A DNA stretch of 64,000 nt from Balanoglossus misakiensis. Taxonomy: Eukaryota; Animalia; Hemichordata. A model generated the notes under the pieces. That model saw only the letters and a list, made by a program, of their open reading frames with translations, ran no database searches and was not told the origin of the DNA. This document shows positions 41,801 through 56,500 of the stretch, one piece after another (position 1 is the stretch's first letter; each line of letters opens with the position of its first letter). Position numbers and translations under genes: made by a program. The stretch spans positions 9,712,390 through 9,776,389 of the forward strand of contig CM082580.2 in assembly GCA_040954595.2 (NCBI GenBank), written 5' to 3'.

Positions 41801-44800
41801 TATCTGTATTGTTTCAGGGCTGGAATTAGTCGAGCTTTTCAGGAAATCACTAATGATGAACTAACAGATGGTTAATCACTGTTTGAGGAACAAAGCAATT
41901 CAACATTTAAAAAATGGGCATTTGTAAAAGAAACACCTAAAATACAAGACATATTTAAAACTCACAAATTTCATCAGAAAAACCATTCACAAAGCATGAA
42001 CACCGTCATTTTTTTAAAAGTCCATCTGACTTAACATCCTATCACTGTGTCACTTTCAGTCTCATCAACATGACAAAAAAATAACTTCACTAAATTAAGC
42101 ATGACAAAAGTTGTTCTGTTATTTAATCAAGTATATTATTAACTCCAATGAGATTGATAGAGCACCCAGCCTGACTCACACACCTCGGAGTTACGCACAC
42201 ACCCAGGCCCATGAGCTTTTGGTTCATCTCGAACAATGGGTCCCACGTGTTTGTGTGTTTTGTACACACTGTCACGGACAAAGAGAGGATGGACAAAAGT
42301 AGGAGACAGTCACGATTAAAAAGAAACTTACCTTATCATTTGTGTGTTCGTTGATGTACACTGAATCCCCGTGGTCGTCTGTTTCTTCTCGCCATCCTTG
42401 CGGTAAATTACTTTTTGGCGGAGTCACCTGTTGGTAAAAAAATATATTTTGTTACTTTCAATTGTGGTAAAACAAGACTGGCTTTTGTATTTCTCGGCAA
42501 CTGCACTTCTTCAAGCTATATTGTGTTGGCTTAAAAAACACAGCCTAATAAAAAGAGAAAGGAGAGTTTTTTTAAGTTGGTGACAAAAATATTATTTTCG
42601 ATAAACACTGCAATACAAAGAACTAGTGAGTGCCATATGCTACTGTAATTGTAACACGGAATGAGGCAATGTAGCAGACAAAACCACGCACCACAGGGAT
42701 ATCGAAGCGAACGTGCGCTACAGTCTGGCAGAACGGGAGGCACGCAACCCCGTGCGCGTACGAACGCTTGTTGAGAAGCATTCCGTGAGTCTTCAGGCAG
42801 AAGTATATACACTGGAAAAGTTGGCGACGGTATCAGTGAGAGGATGCAGATATGATACACAGGGGTCGTTCGCAGTCAGCGCGTACGTGACGGTATCACT
42901 GACGACACTGATACAACTGGTTCTGTGTGTGCGTACGCTGTGTTTGCTGGATGAAGCACTTAATGAACGAGGACTTCCCAAACAGACAGGCGATGCCTTT
43001 TTCTCATGCTAATCATCAAGGCAATGTGGAAACGACACTTTTGTCAGCACTTGACAATGAGTTATGCATCGACTGCCTGCTGAATAGGTCTTTTACACGT
43101 ATATATACACTCTGTAATGGGATCAAGTGGAGCGTGGCATTCAAATGTGCTCATTTGCATAATAGGACGCCTCCAATATGGTGATACACAGAGAAGGGGC
43201 TAACTTTCCTGAAATGCTAAAATCAATAATATCATCCACAACATGACTCATTGGAAACTGTATACCACAATTAGGGCTTTTTATGTGGATAAGTACGTCA
43301 AATAATAATGTGTGATATTTTCTGAACTCATCCACACACCTATGTAGTCCATGAATTCAAGGACTTTGTTCAATGACTGGTGTAGACATTAGGTATGGAC
43401 CCTTGTAACACTTGTAAGGGTCACAGTTTAATGCTCTTTTATATAACCCAGTGTTCGCGCTAGCGCTCGCCAAATTCGCTATAGCGAAATGAAATTCAAT
43501 TTGGCGAATTTATTTTGCACCCAATTCGTCACTTTGGCGAAGTCCGAATTTGATCTTGCCGGGTATACCGGCAGCTTCGATCGTGATCGTAAGTCAGGCT
43601 TTCTCGCGGCACCCATTTTGTTTGGCGTTGTTCTGTTAATGATCAGCACCCCCTGTATCTTTAACATCGTAAGGCAATGCATTGAATTCAGCTCTTCCAG
43701 TTAGTGACTGCACTCGCTTGATTTCCTGTATGTGTCTCTGGGGACGCAAAGAATGCATATGCGTCTTTTCCTAATTTGCATGTTTTGAATGGGTTATGCT
43801 TACAAATTGATACATTTAGGTCTGCCTTGACTTGAACGCGTCAAGTGTACAGGTTGTTATGGAAGTTTCTTTTTGATAAGGCGATTGCAAAGCCAAAGTT
43901 TCAGAAAAGATAAATTCCCATGCTCTTATTTAGTGTTTTGGCATCTGTACTGTGAGTACTTTTGGGTCTACCTACAGACTGTAGGTAGACCCAAAAGTAC
44001 TCACCTAAATTACCCAACCACAAGAGTAAAACGAACAGCAACTGAGAATTTTCTCTGCCAAAGTCTCACCAGGCTTTGCTAGTTTGGCTTCAATTCTAGT
44101 GTTCTTGTTATATTTTGCATCTTTTAAGACTGATTAAATTATGTGCCTTGCTTGAGTTTGGTTTAAAATTTAGTACCTCCTGTGACAATTGTACACGTGG
44201 CCTCATTTCCAGCATGCCATATGCATACCTCTCAATACATCCCTTTCCAGATTCCCTTTGCTACGAAAAATGTGAAAATCATGAGACTTGTTGACGTGAC
44301 TAGCAAATATTTCACAGGACCACTGAATTATACATTTTACTGGTCCTGTGGGAAAGTGAACATTTTATAGCAGTGTCGAACCCTGCACTTAGGTCGCTAT
44401 CACAGACCTCGTTCTCAGTATATTGCTGGATGTGTTTAGTTTATGTTTCGAGTCAATGGCAAGTGGGCAGTTGCGTGATTTTTAGGCGGCAGACAATTGC
44501 TCAAAAAGCGCGGTCAAGAGAAAACACTGTAGATGTATCATCCTTTTATTGCATATCATTGTGTGAAAATAAGTGTTGTGTAAAAATGTGATGGTACAAA
44601 CATTTGTGTACCATACGAGTATTGTTCATTTGTTGTTATAAACAAAAACAATCCAGAAAATCTCATTTGTGTTGTATTTATTTTAAGTAGAAGTAAACAT
44701 TCGTGTCTACAAATTTATTTGTCAAGCAGGATAAAATTGCGAAAAAAATGGCTAATCAATTTCTAATTTGGCTAATTGAATTTAGGTGTTATTAGCCAAA

Positions 44801-47800
44801 ATGGCTAATGCTTTTGAAATCCTACCGCTAACACTGTAAACCGTGGAGAAAAATACACAAAACCTGGTAGGAACAAAGACAAGTTCACAATGCATGCATG
44901 AAGACAGGTTCAAACATGATCTTATCTCCCGTTTTCACAAAGTTGAGTTTCTACTACAATGAATACAACTGTAGAAACAGACAGAAATGTATTAATTAAT
45001 TAACCATTAATCTATTTCCCCTTTATTTTTATTAAAGATTTTTCACATCACAGTGATAGAGGGCGCTGTTTATAGATGCCAAAGATATCAACTAGCAAAT
45101 ATTAATTTTTGTAAAAAAAAAACTGGTTCACATATATGCCATGCATCAAACCAATTGAACATAACTATTATTTACACAAGGTGTAAACTCATTTATTCAC
45201 TAGTATTCAAAGCGTAGATGGACATGAAACAGAAAACTTTAAAATCAGGAAGTACTCCTTATGTCAGAAACCCAGAGACACTTACGAAATCAGAATTTCT
45301 AGCATACAGATTCAACTGCGCAAAGACATGCTACAGTGGCCAGGCAACCAAATCATGGATTGATCAGGCGGATAATCAGTGACCCCACTTGACACAGTTT
45401 AGGGAACCGAGTTTTTCAGAATTCTTACTGCACTGGGTATATCACAGTCCTGATAGTTACCAGTGAAACAAATGCATCAATTTTGATCAAGTCTTTTTTT
45501 TCTCTGACGGGAATATAGATAATCCTGACATGATAAGAATTAACTTTGTTTAACCAGAAGCTGGTAACTTTATATATATGTAAAGACATTCACTGGGGAA
45601 AAAATCAGGTGGAACCAGTGCTTCAGAAACACTTGTCGGAATTAAACAGAATAGGCAGTCCAGCACGGCTGTGAAAAGGTCAAATGTTGAACAATCATAT
45701 AGACCACAAACGGACAAGAATTTATGGTCAAATCTACTCATGCAGAAAAACACAGCCATCCACTTCTACTCTCGAATGAGGACATATACAGTTCTGCTCA
45801 GCACAAAATGAGCCACATGTATCACAGTCTTCGAAAGTGCCAGTGACCTTCGTTCCTGGATGGATGGCAAACTAAACACAGGCCATCACTCTGTCTGACC
45901 ACAATCAAAATCATTAATGTCACACTCCAAGGACAAGGAGAAAAATTTCGAAGGCGAAATCTGTCTGTATCTGTTTTCACCAATCTTGGTGCACTCGACT
46001 CAGGTAAGAGATAATTCCTGTTTTCAGGGACTGCTATTAAACCAAGCTGCAGCACGGACTATGAAAACTGGCTATTTCATTACAAACATGTCCATGTACA
46101 AACTATTGACCTCTATACATTTGTACTTCAACGCACAGCCCTTACCTCTGATAGAGATCTCTTGAGCCGACTCCCATTCCAGCGATACCGCGTACCTTTC
46201 GACATTTCCAAACCGAGCAACAGTTTACTAAAATCAGTCAAGAAAAACCACCCCCTTCACGTCAGGAAAGCGGCAAGTCGTGTACTATCCCACAGCCCGC
46301 TCCATACTTTGGCTGACATTCTCCAACTGGGCGGGGAGGAGTCCGGGCTTGTTTCAACTATGTTGCAATGCAACATAATAAAAAGGGGCGACATTGACAA
46401 TGATTTGTAGCCATTGGCTGACCTGCAGCAGGTACTACATTCTACGCTGGCATGCTTGAATGACTTCTCTGATAAACTACTTGTGCAGACATAATAGAGT
46501 TGTCCTTAATCTCTCGTTTGATTAAACTCTTCTGCGATTTAATGGTCACTAACTTTAATTCTTTGTCTTCTCCGACTGACTGGTTACTTACTATTTCAGA
46601 ATGTATACAAACATTACCACTTGAAACATTTATCTCAAATTACAGTCAACGAAAAAGCATACATTCTTGTAAAATTTTCAGCCAACAGCCCACTTTTGCT
46701 AAGATCTGACGTTGAGGGCGCACTACAAGCTCTGACCAAAGAAAACAACAACCACGAAAACAGTATGTCAAGCAAGTTAAGAGACGTGGGGTTAAAAAGG
46801 TTATTTAGATTAAAAAGCATTAAGCATGTCTGTGGAACATGCCATTATGCCAATACGATATGCAAACTAACGTTTGAAATAGCACATGGCAGTGTTAACT
46901 ATGGATAGTACAACTACTAGTCAGGATTTTTATTTGCAAAAATAAGGTATTGCCTGAATGGAGTTTTTTTCCTGAATTTTTAATTGACTCACAGAAACTA
47001 GAAACCCTAATCCTCAGATGGCAATCTGCCACACTGAAGAGTGAAATGTATTATCTTTTGATTTGATTTTGGTCACTCTTTGTGTCATATGAGATGTATT
47101 TTTGTTTTACAACTACTAGCGAAGCATACCAATTACACTTCCTCACACATGTCACAGCCCCACTTAAGAGTTGCCTTGTATGTAGACATAACATGTTAAC
47201 AGTTCACTGGCATAAATTGTACAGTGTGACTTAAATGATGTGGAAGTATTTCTTTGTGAAAAGAGTGGAAGTATGAAGCCATGTAAGATGATGATAACAT
47301 TAGAATGACACCAATCTAAATACAATGGGAATGCTCGGGGAAAAAAATTGTAAACTAATTTACTAGCAAGCTCGGTCCCTTTAAGATGTGCATGCATTTG
47401 CGACTATATATATTGTAGGATACACATATGCTGAACTAGTGAGTACATGTTTTGAATAAATCACATTACTTTTCACACACTGTCAGCCTGTAGAAATGGA
47501 TAAATGAGTGAAAAAAACGCACTGACACTGCATGTTATGTCATGACTTTCACTCAGCAATAATGTGCAATACAAAGGAACTGCAAGATTGAATTATGGAC
47601 ACAACCACGCTCTGATGGGCTCCAACCACTGACACTAACTTGATGGGAAAACAGTACTTCTGATGTGTCCGCCGCAATAACCGTTTACATCGCATTGTTC
47701 TCGCACAGTAATTGGTGCAAAATGGGCAGTTTTTTTTATAAAGTTCAAAACCAAATCCCCCGTCGCCGATGATCTTTCAGTTCTGATTCTCACCGACAGC

Positions 47801-50800
47801 GAAAAAACTGCTTGATTGAATTCTCGCGATGATCAAATCTGACTTTGAGAAATTGGTTTCTCAAGAATGTAAGGAGACCGCTTACTGTTCAAAATTCATA
47901 TCCCAGGAGAGCGCAGCAAAATAGAGATGCCTTTTTAAATCGCCAAAGTGGAATTACTGACATAGCTACCTTGTTCCATCAAATTTGAATTTACTGAGAC
48001 ATACTGCAGAACCTCAACTACAACAACTAAGACTACATCCCATGTTTGACAATTCATGTATTTGCATTGCCTGAAACATTGATTGTCTGATATTAAAGAC
48101 AAATTCAATTTCCCTTTCATACTCCGCTCGCCTCAGTAGTGACAGCTCCGCAAATTAAATTTCCTCCAAAACATGAGATTTTATTTTTTAATAGCAACCA
48201 TCATCTACATTTTCAATACCCCCGACTCACCTTTTTATCACACACATACAAACAAGAACCACCAGAAGTTTTGCTTTTCGTTTTATTGATTAATCTGTCG
48301 CGGCGTTATTAAATTGACTGGGATGGAGGCTAAGTAAACGAACCGAGTAAATTGCACTTGCTTTTTTTTCACTTGTTGTGGCTCACGTTGTCCTCAGGCA
48401 GTTTCTTGTATTAAACTTTACAGCAAAGAAACGCGGGTTTGCAATCTGAATCGAAATGGGATTGGATTTATGGAATATCTGCATGCCAACAAAGACTTTT
48501 CTAGGGTTCACAAAAAAGGTCTGTCTAGACAGCTAGTGTTTTCAGCGCAGAGATGTGTCTAAATGGAACAGAAATCGCAAGGAAATTGACGCGGCCACTT
48601 TAGGGAAAATGTGGGAATGATTTTCTGCTTGAATAAAGAGCGTACGTGTTATGCGTATTGTAAACCAATTCAAAAGAACCCCCACATCAGCCAACATTAA
48701 CTACACAGAAAAATTTTACCCAGATGAAGAATGTTTTCAAGTCATTCACATATTCACCTGGGTACAATGTGCACAGACTATACACATTTTCTGAGATTTT
48801 ATTTCAAAACCATACTGAGATTACATCATTACATTAGGCCTAGAAGAATTCACCCTGCTATGTTATTAGCTGGCTATGTACATTTCACCGTTTCTTGCTA
48901 TTTTCTTTTGCTAACAGAACTATCTTGAGGGGAAACTTAAGTCTAATTGTATTTCAACGATGTCTAATTTCAAATAGCATTCACCAGCATTTTCTAAAAT
49001 ACCAACAAAGAATGCCATATAATTTTAGGGAGGGGAAAACTGGTAAAACCCAATGTAGGTCGGAGAGTCCCCTTGTCTGCAATAAAGATGTGTGAATGGT
49101 AGTAAAGTCAAATGAACCATAGTTCTAACAACACTAAAATTATATTGCAATTGGACAGTGAGGTGTAAGATGCTCTATAAGCATTACCAGTAATTCACAA
49201 TTTGACAAGACGTAAAACCCAAAACCTGAATATACAGAGTCAAAAGTTTCCTACTCTGTATATTGCTATTTCCTGAAATGTCGCACCAAATTTTATTTTA
49301 TGACCCAAGTTTTCCTGACATGATAGCCTAGGCCAGCCCTGATGGTGATTTATGAGAACAGGTGGAGTTGATAAAAGTGAATAGATTCTCTTCTACTACT
49401 GAACTACATTTTTTGAACATCTATTAAAAATGGATGTCTCCTGGTTGATGTGCCGCCTTCTGTGACCTCAGAGTTCACGACCTCTCACCCTTTCTTTCAG
49501 AATCCGTTCAATGAGAACACAACTAGTTGGGCGCCGCGTGTTTTACGATTACACTATACATGTACTGTCTTTTTAAAGCAAATATTGAACGAAACCTCTC
49601 ATGTTGCTGAATGAAATTCATTCAGCTTGTCTGGTCTTGTACATGTTAGCCATCCAACATTACAATTTTAATCTTGAAATTCTGGAATTCTAAGTTCATT
49701 CCAGCCAGGTGTTAGAAATACCTGGTACTATACTAAGATTATGTCTGCAGGATGATATACATTTTATTTACAAACGAATATCTGGAGTGCCATCTTACAT
49801 GAGATATTCATTCTAGGTAATTGTACAGTGTCGAGGTCTCTAATTGGGTAAAGATTAATTGTGAAACCATTCTGTATATTAACAGATGTTCACCAGGTGT
49901 AGGAATGATGTAACCTTGCTATGAGATTAAAATCTTCATACATGTAAGCGCTGTCATATCAGCCCTGTTCATACTCATAGTCCTGACCACATTCTATCTG
50001 CATCTCATTACACACCTGCGATATCATTCATGCAGGCCACCGTTCATTTTTCACTTTCCTGCACTCCCAGTGAACCCAATCCATCACACATGAGCACGAC
50101 ATTTACGTCTGGTGAACACCTTTTGCTGGCCTAATGCATGATTTATCGTGTCAGCTAATCTGAAAAGGAATTTCACCTTAAAAGAGAACTAGGCTTCTCC
50201 CAATATAATCCTGCACGGTTTTGGAACTGAAAGATCAATCACCATGGAAAAATAATTTGGATGCGCAAATAGACAGGTGTGGATGCTTTTCAAGGACACT
50301 TATGCAAGTGGGCGATAAAAATAGAAATGAATTCATAAATGTTAGAGACTTCTATATCTGGCTATGTAGCAAAGGTGAACATCAGTTTAACATTGGTTGT
50401 AATTTTAAAATATCTTGTAAAATATCAGAGTAAATTTGATGCAAACTAATTGTAATAATCCAAATAATTATAATTAGAAAGGAATCCATGCAAAGCTGCC
50501 CCACAAAATTATATAATTCAAAGCAAATTTATGTGTGCATGGCACAGTTGTATGTGTTTGACAAGGGAAACCTTTTACTAGACGTGTTTGCTGATGAAAT
50601 ATATGTTTCAGCTGCCAATGCATGGGGCTTGTGAAATACAGACAAAGCCTAGACTGTTCCTTTCAACAGAATCAATGATATGCTTCTATTAAGTGCCTAA
50701 ACATTACAAATTCTGATGTTGTGTTCCACTTACAAAATCAAAAAGTTTCATGAGCAAAGAAGCACGCTCAATTTCCCTTGAAGAGAGAAATTGACATTTC

Positions 50801-53518
50801 AGCTCTTGTGTAAAACCTATTTCGTCATTCAATGATACAATCCACATGTCTACATGTACATGTTGGCACTTTCATTCATACTCAGTGGCACACCCTCACT
50901 GGCACACCTATATTTCCACACGTGCACACCCAACTGTACAGGAATGATACAGCAAATATAACTACATTTGTACATGATATACAATACATGTCAATGCCCT
51001 TTCCCGCTGAGCGTTTCAGAGGAAGTGTAGTCAAAGAAGGGGGCTATTCAGCATCACTACACTCCCTCCAAAGACTCCATATTATTATCAAACAACCGGG
51101 TACATTGTAATGACATGCTCTCTGTGTCTTGCAGACACAAAACTAACATGACATGCCCTACGATGTGCCTTACATGCTGTACGGTACTTACTCTGTAACT
51201 TCTTGGAGGCTTCCAACAACTCTCTTTGGTAACAGTGTTGTAGTAAAACTTGCGTCCTCTGTCATCGTAGTGCACTTCCCAGTTGTTGCTCAGAACCTGC
51301 GACGGAGGCCGGGTGGGTTGTGGAGGCTCCGGACTAGTTGTGGTGTTGTCAAAAGAGGCCTGCAAGAAGAAAATTTAAAACAAACAAAATAAGTATCAGT
51401 GAGGTCCATGTACAATGTATAGTTTGCATGTTAGTTGCCTTTTTCGCTGAAAGATACACAAAATAGGCTCCACGCTTCAACATAGCAAGACATAATTAAA
51501 GTCACAAAACTTTTCAATTAGCTCTGAAGATGACCTCCTACCCACCTCATGCGAGGTTGTCAGGTATGCCAGCCATGCCAAATCATTATTTTTTTTACAT
51601 GTATCAGTGATTGCCTCAAGGCTTTGATTACAAACCCTATTTCAATAAACACTCCACTTTGTTGAAAATTTACATTTGCTTGTGTTTATCTCCTCTGTGG
51701 CTTTCATCCATGCCTCTGAACTGATGTTTGTATATTTTCACAATATTTAGACCCATTACAGTGTGCGACTATAGTGTTTTTGTGAAAACAATCTGGTTTA
51801 CATTGAGCCTCCATGGAGGAAACAGAGACAAAAAGCCTCAACCACATGAGGGTACTTTGAGATTCTTTTTCAGTCTACCACACCCCAACTGTGGCAAACA
51901 GCCCCAGGAGCTGTGTAAACACTTCACCAAACCTTGTCTGCACAGTTATGTTCAGAATGCAACCAAGGAAAAACGGCCAACTTTCAATGGAAATGGAAAT
52001 GGAAACTTCAGCACACGTGCTTATTGTTCAATTATGCCAATTCACATGAATATGTATCACTCACAAACATGAATACTGGCTAATGAAGTACCGTCTCTCC
52101 AACTGTATTTTTGGTTGAACTTATTTCTTTAGTTTGACTTAGTAATTTTTAATCAAGACACTTTTCAGAATGGGGATAGCTGCCACTGAAATAATATTTC
52201 CGTACACAACCATTCTTTACATGTCTGTGTATCTGCACTACATAGACATAGGATTAGAAATATATTTATGTTCTATTTTTACATCAGCTTCAGCAGCTGT
52301 TCAGTTGCATATGGTGATTGACTGGTTTTCAGTAAAATTGCAAAGTGAACTGAATCCAACCATCTGAATATAATACGAGTCAGCACAGGACACAGCCACT
52401 GTTAAAAAAGTCAAGACCACTCTCAACGTCATTGGTTCATGTACAGTTTCATATTACAGTCAAACCTGTCTATAGTGACCAGTCAAGGGACTTTACCAAA
52501 CTGGCCTTTATAGACAGGTGGTCTTTATAGACAGGTTAATTTATACACATGTAAATTGTACAGGGACTGTAACTAAGTGGCCACTATATAGAGGTGGTCA
52601 CTATATAGAGGTGGTCACTAACACAGGTTTGACTGTACTACTATTACTTATACCCAATGCATCCTGACCGTTTGTCTGCCAGAAAATATTGATTATGAAA
52701 TGAACTAAGTGACCTCTCCAAACAGACTGGTTCACTCCGACAAAGAACTGTGATATATGACAGACGGACATGAATGCTGATTGTAGATTTCCCTTGGTCT
52801 ATGTTTGTACATGTAGGTCACTGGGTCAACACACACAAGACTTGCGCGTGTCAACTTTTCACAGTGCTTTCCTGGTGAGGTCCAGACTGATGCTACACAT
52901 ACAATGTGCAACCAAGTGTACATGTACATTCATGTCAATTCCTGTAAAAACGGTACAGGGGGTGATACATGTACTTTAGAGACCTGTCATTTTAGGATCC
53001 GATGTATGATTAGTACAACTGGAAGTAATGTCTATTTTCTAAGATGTAAAATATTCCTTATCAGTTCTGTAGCATATAAAAAACAATATGATAGCTGCAT
53101 GCATATAAATTGATGGCCGCATGTGTATTTTGACACTTCATCCCATATGTAATCAATCTTGTAGATTTGTGTATACTGGAAACTGGTGATGTGACAAGCT
53201 TTGTTTTCCTACTGTCTAATTTTGGATCATTTTAGAAATATGACGCCTCCGTGCAGTAGTGGGTGACAGAACGTGTCTTAGGAAGTTGTCTCATCAATCA
53301 AGTTGTCCGACAACAAATGAACACATGCTGACGTGGCTTATTATTACAATTCCATGTGATATGAATTTTCATGCTTGTACATTGACAGAAAACTGAGAAC
53401 ACTGTAATAGTACTACACATGTACACCTACTGCTGTAACCTACAAAGTTCTATTACACTGTCCAATATGCATGCAAATGAGGTCACAAAGTCCCAATACA
53501 GGTGATGCATGCGGCATT

Positions 53519-53597
<79 letters not shown>

Positions 53598-56500
53598 CTA
53601 CTGACATATAGGTGTGCAGAATACTATTCGTGTTGATTTCATCTATCCAGCCAGCCAATCAGTGAATCCTTCATCCATCCTGATGTACTTAATACATATA
53701 AATCGAAAGAACCTTGCAATCATAAGTGATACAGATCTCATACTGCATTGTGCTCACACGGCCCACTATCTCCAACTGGGCAGCCAGCAAATGTTGCTAC
53801 ATGTATCCTTGACAATTGTAAAGGTTGATATTGAATTGCCACCCTTGACCATTGCCAGATGCATCCGGTCAACAACAGGCCTCTTATAGTGACCTCACCC
53901 TGTTGTCCATGTCAGGGTTAGAGATGACATCAGGCAGGTTACCCGCTGGAATATCTGTTACATTATTTTTTCCTTTCTTTGACACTTCCTATTATTAACA
54001 GCTAAATGTTTATATTTGGGTAAGATGCACAATGTGTATATATGTGTACATCAGTGATTTTTTTATCCCATGGCCGATTTTGATACAAATCAATATTTAT
54101 TCACAAAGATGTCAGTGACCTCTTTTGCACTCCCATTTCACTGCAGGAGCTAAGGTGCGGTGAGTCATTTTTATCTAGAACCCTTTTCACAGTTAAATTC
54201 AACAATTTCAGAGGTCTACTTCTTTCAAGATGCAATCACCTAAAATAATTCACTCATTTAACAATGGTTCAAGAGGTTCGTCAGCTCAATTCTAGAAACT
54301 AAAATTTCATTGAAAATACTGTTTTGCTATTTGGAGCACCCAAACAGTAGAAGTCCGCAAATGACAATTTTCTCCACATTCACAAAAGAAGAAAAAAAAC
54401 ATGATTTTAAGTCCCTGCAATTACTTGTGACAGCACTTCTCAATGTGTAACCCATTTACGTGTCATCTAAAAATTGAATTTTCAAAAGAGCTTTCTCAAT
54501 TTTGCGCGCAGACCTGTCAGTGAAAAGTGAAGTGCCTTGCCCGGGGCAATGAGGCAACTAGGTTATATTTCCAGGGCCTGCCAGTGACAGATTAATAATT
54601 TGCTTTGCCTCCTGTTCCTCACAATACTGGAATTTGTATTTGCCAGAATGGCCAAATGTCTCAATGCAGACTGTGGTTATTTAGCCATTTCACCACCATG
54701 GTTTGGTCCAACTCCATCATTTTAAATAGCAATGCAGTATTTAGAAATATGCTGGCTAGTAACCCCCCCCCGCCCTCCCCATAAAATAGCCTCGAAGACT
54801 TCAAATAGTGGTTAATTGATCAATATCATACTGTATACAGTACAAAACTAACATCTTCACAAATTCAATTTTGCCTCTGGTAGATTTAAGCCAAGATAGT
54901 TACAATATACACAAGATGCGATCCAGGTTGCTTTGCCTGAAGCGAGCGAAGTAATCATTTGAATTTTCTTGCTTGGATGGACTGGAGAGTCGATCATTCT
55001 TTCATCGCGAAGTGAATACGCATTGCTGCTGCAATATCTCAGATACAAGATCTAGATTGAAAACGATCCATCACCGCTATACTATCATACCTGTGGCACA
55101 TCCCTCCAGCCATCCATCAGTTGTATGTACACAGATCATCCCGAAGTATCTGTTCTAATGATCCTAATTTTGGGGCGATAAACCTTAAAATTGTCTCAGA
55201 ATAAGTTCTTCTCCGAACATGACACTGCTGAGAGATTGTCTTTTCTTACAAACCAGTGTTACAAATTCCACTGAGATATATTTGCTTATCGCTTGATTAC
55301 TATTGAATTCACAGAATAAAGCCACTTGGTAGTATCAATGCGGCTGGCAGAGTTGCCGATGGCAATGACTGACCTATGACCCCGTGACATCACATACAGG
55401 GAATATATACGCTTATCAGAGTAATCCTTCGTAACTGTGTACAGTTATGTATAAACATGATAGGTATAAACCATTAATACTAATCTAGCAATCGCTCTCT
55501 AAAGTGAATATAAACACATTCTGTCTGAAAGTAAATCATCTTTCAGTGTATAAAGTTTGAAACTAATAGAAATGATTTAGCAACATGTACATACATGTGT
55601 ACAAAGATTTTTTACCGAATTTTATCTAACACTACCCTGTATATAATGTACACATTTCAGCTCTGTTTACGTCTTAAAAGTTAAAACAAGTGATCTCACA
55701 TGTTACAGGTCTCACAGACTGGATACCGTCACACACGGGGGTTCTGAAAGAATCTAGTTTGCCACATTATATATGCAAAGCTGACAGTGTACATGTGCCA
55801 GTGCAGACTGTCTTGAAGAATTATGAGCAGAATAACCCCGAAGTCAAGTATGTATGATAACTAAACCAAACATCTTAATAACTGACTGGTATTGTATTAC
55901 TGTGGGTCCCCATACTAGTTTAGGATGGTGTACGTGTATAACAGTGATGAACATATACATATGTGTGTGTGCTACAGAAGTTTCTACTTTGTTACATTTT
56001 ACAAAGACGTAATATATACTCAAGCTTCCTTGCAAGGGGAAGGTTTTTTGTGAGCTCACTTGGACTGGTACTATCAATAGTGAATACCTGTCTTATGCAA
56101 GGCTCAGTCTCATTACACTGTCAGGTATAAGCATCTTTTCATGAGGATGCTGCGCCACAAAGAAGTTACTAAGTAACTAGTGTGTAACTATGGTTACCAT
56201 GCACTCCGATATTAGATTGGCACCCGTCGTTAAGAAACAGAAAAAAAAAATGATGCAGCAAATGTGGTTCACACAATCAACTTTCCATTTACCTGTAATG
56301 CTCTGTCTGTCTCTGTGTCTCTCTCTCCCCCTCCCTCTCCCTTCCCTCCCCACCCCCTGGCTCACTCTCAAGTCTCCCTCACCAGCAATGTCTCGTCACA
56401 TAAGAAAGGCAGCGGACATTCCTCTGTTCTCATTAATCAACTCTCAAATCAATTTACTTGATAAGCGATACAAATTAAAAATCGCCCATTTAGATAATGA

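Noticed and set aside
42713-43184. Overlapping + ORFs as a nested gene or transposase relic
   Set aside because: No ATG start, splice signals or catalytic motifs recognised; kept only as a CpG-island observation
53440-53658. ORF with a poly-(Thr-His) tract
   Set aside because: Translation of the (GT)n microsatellite
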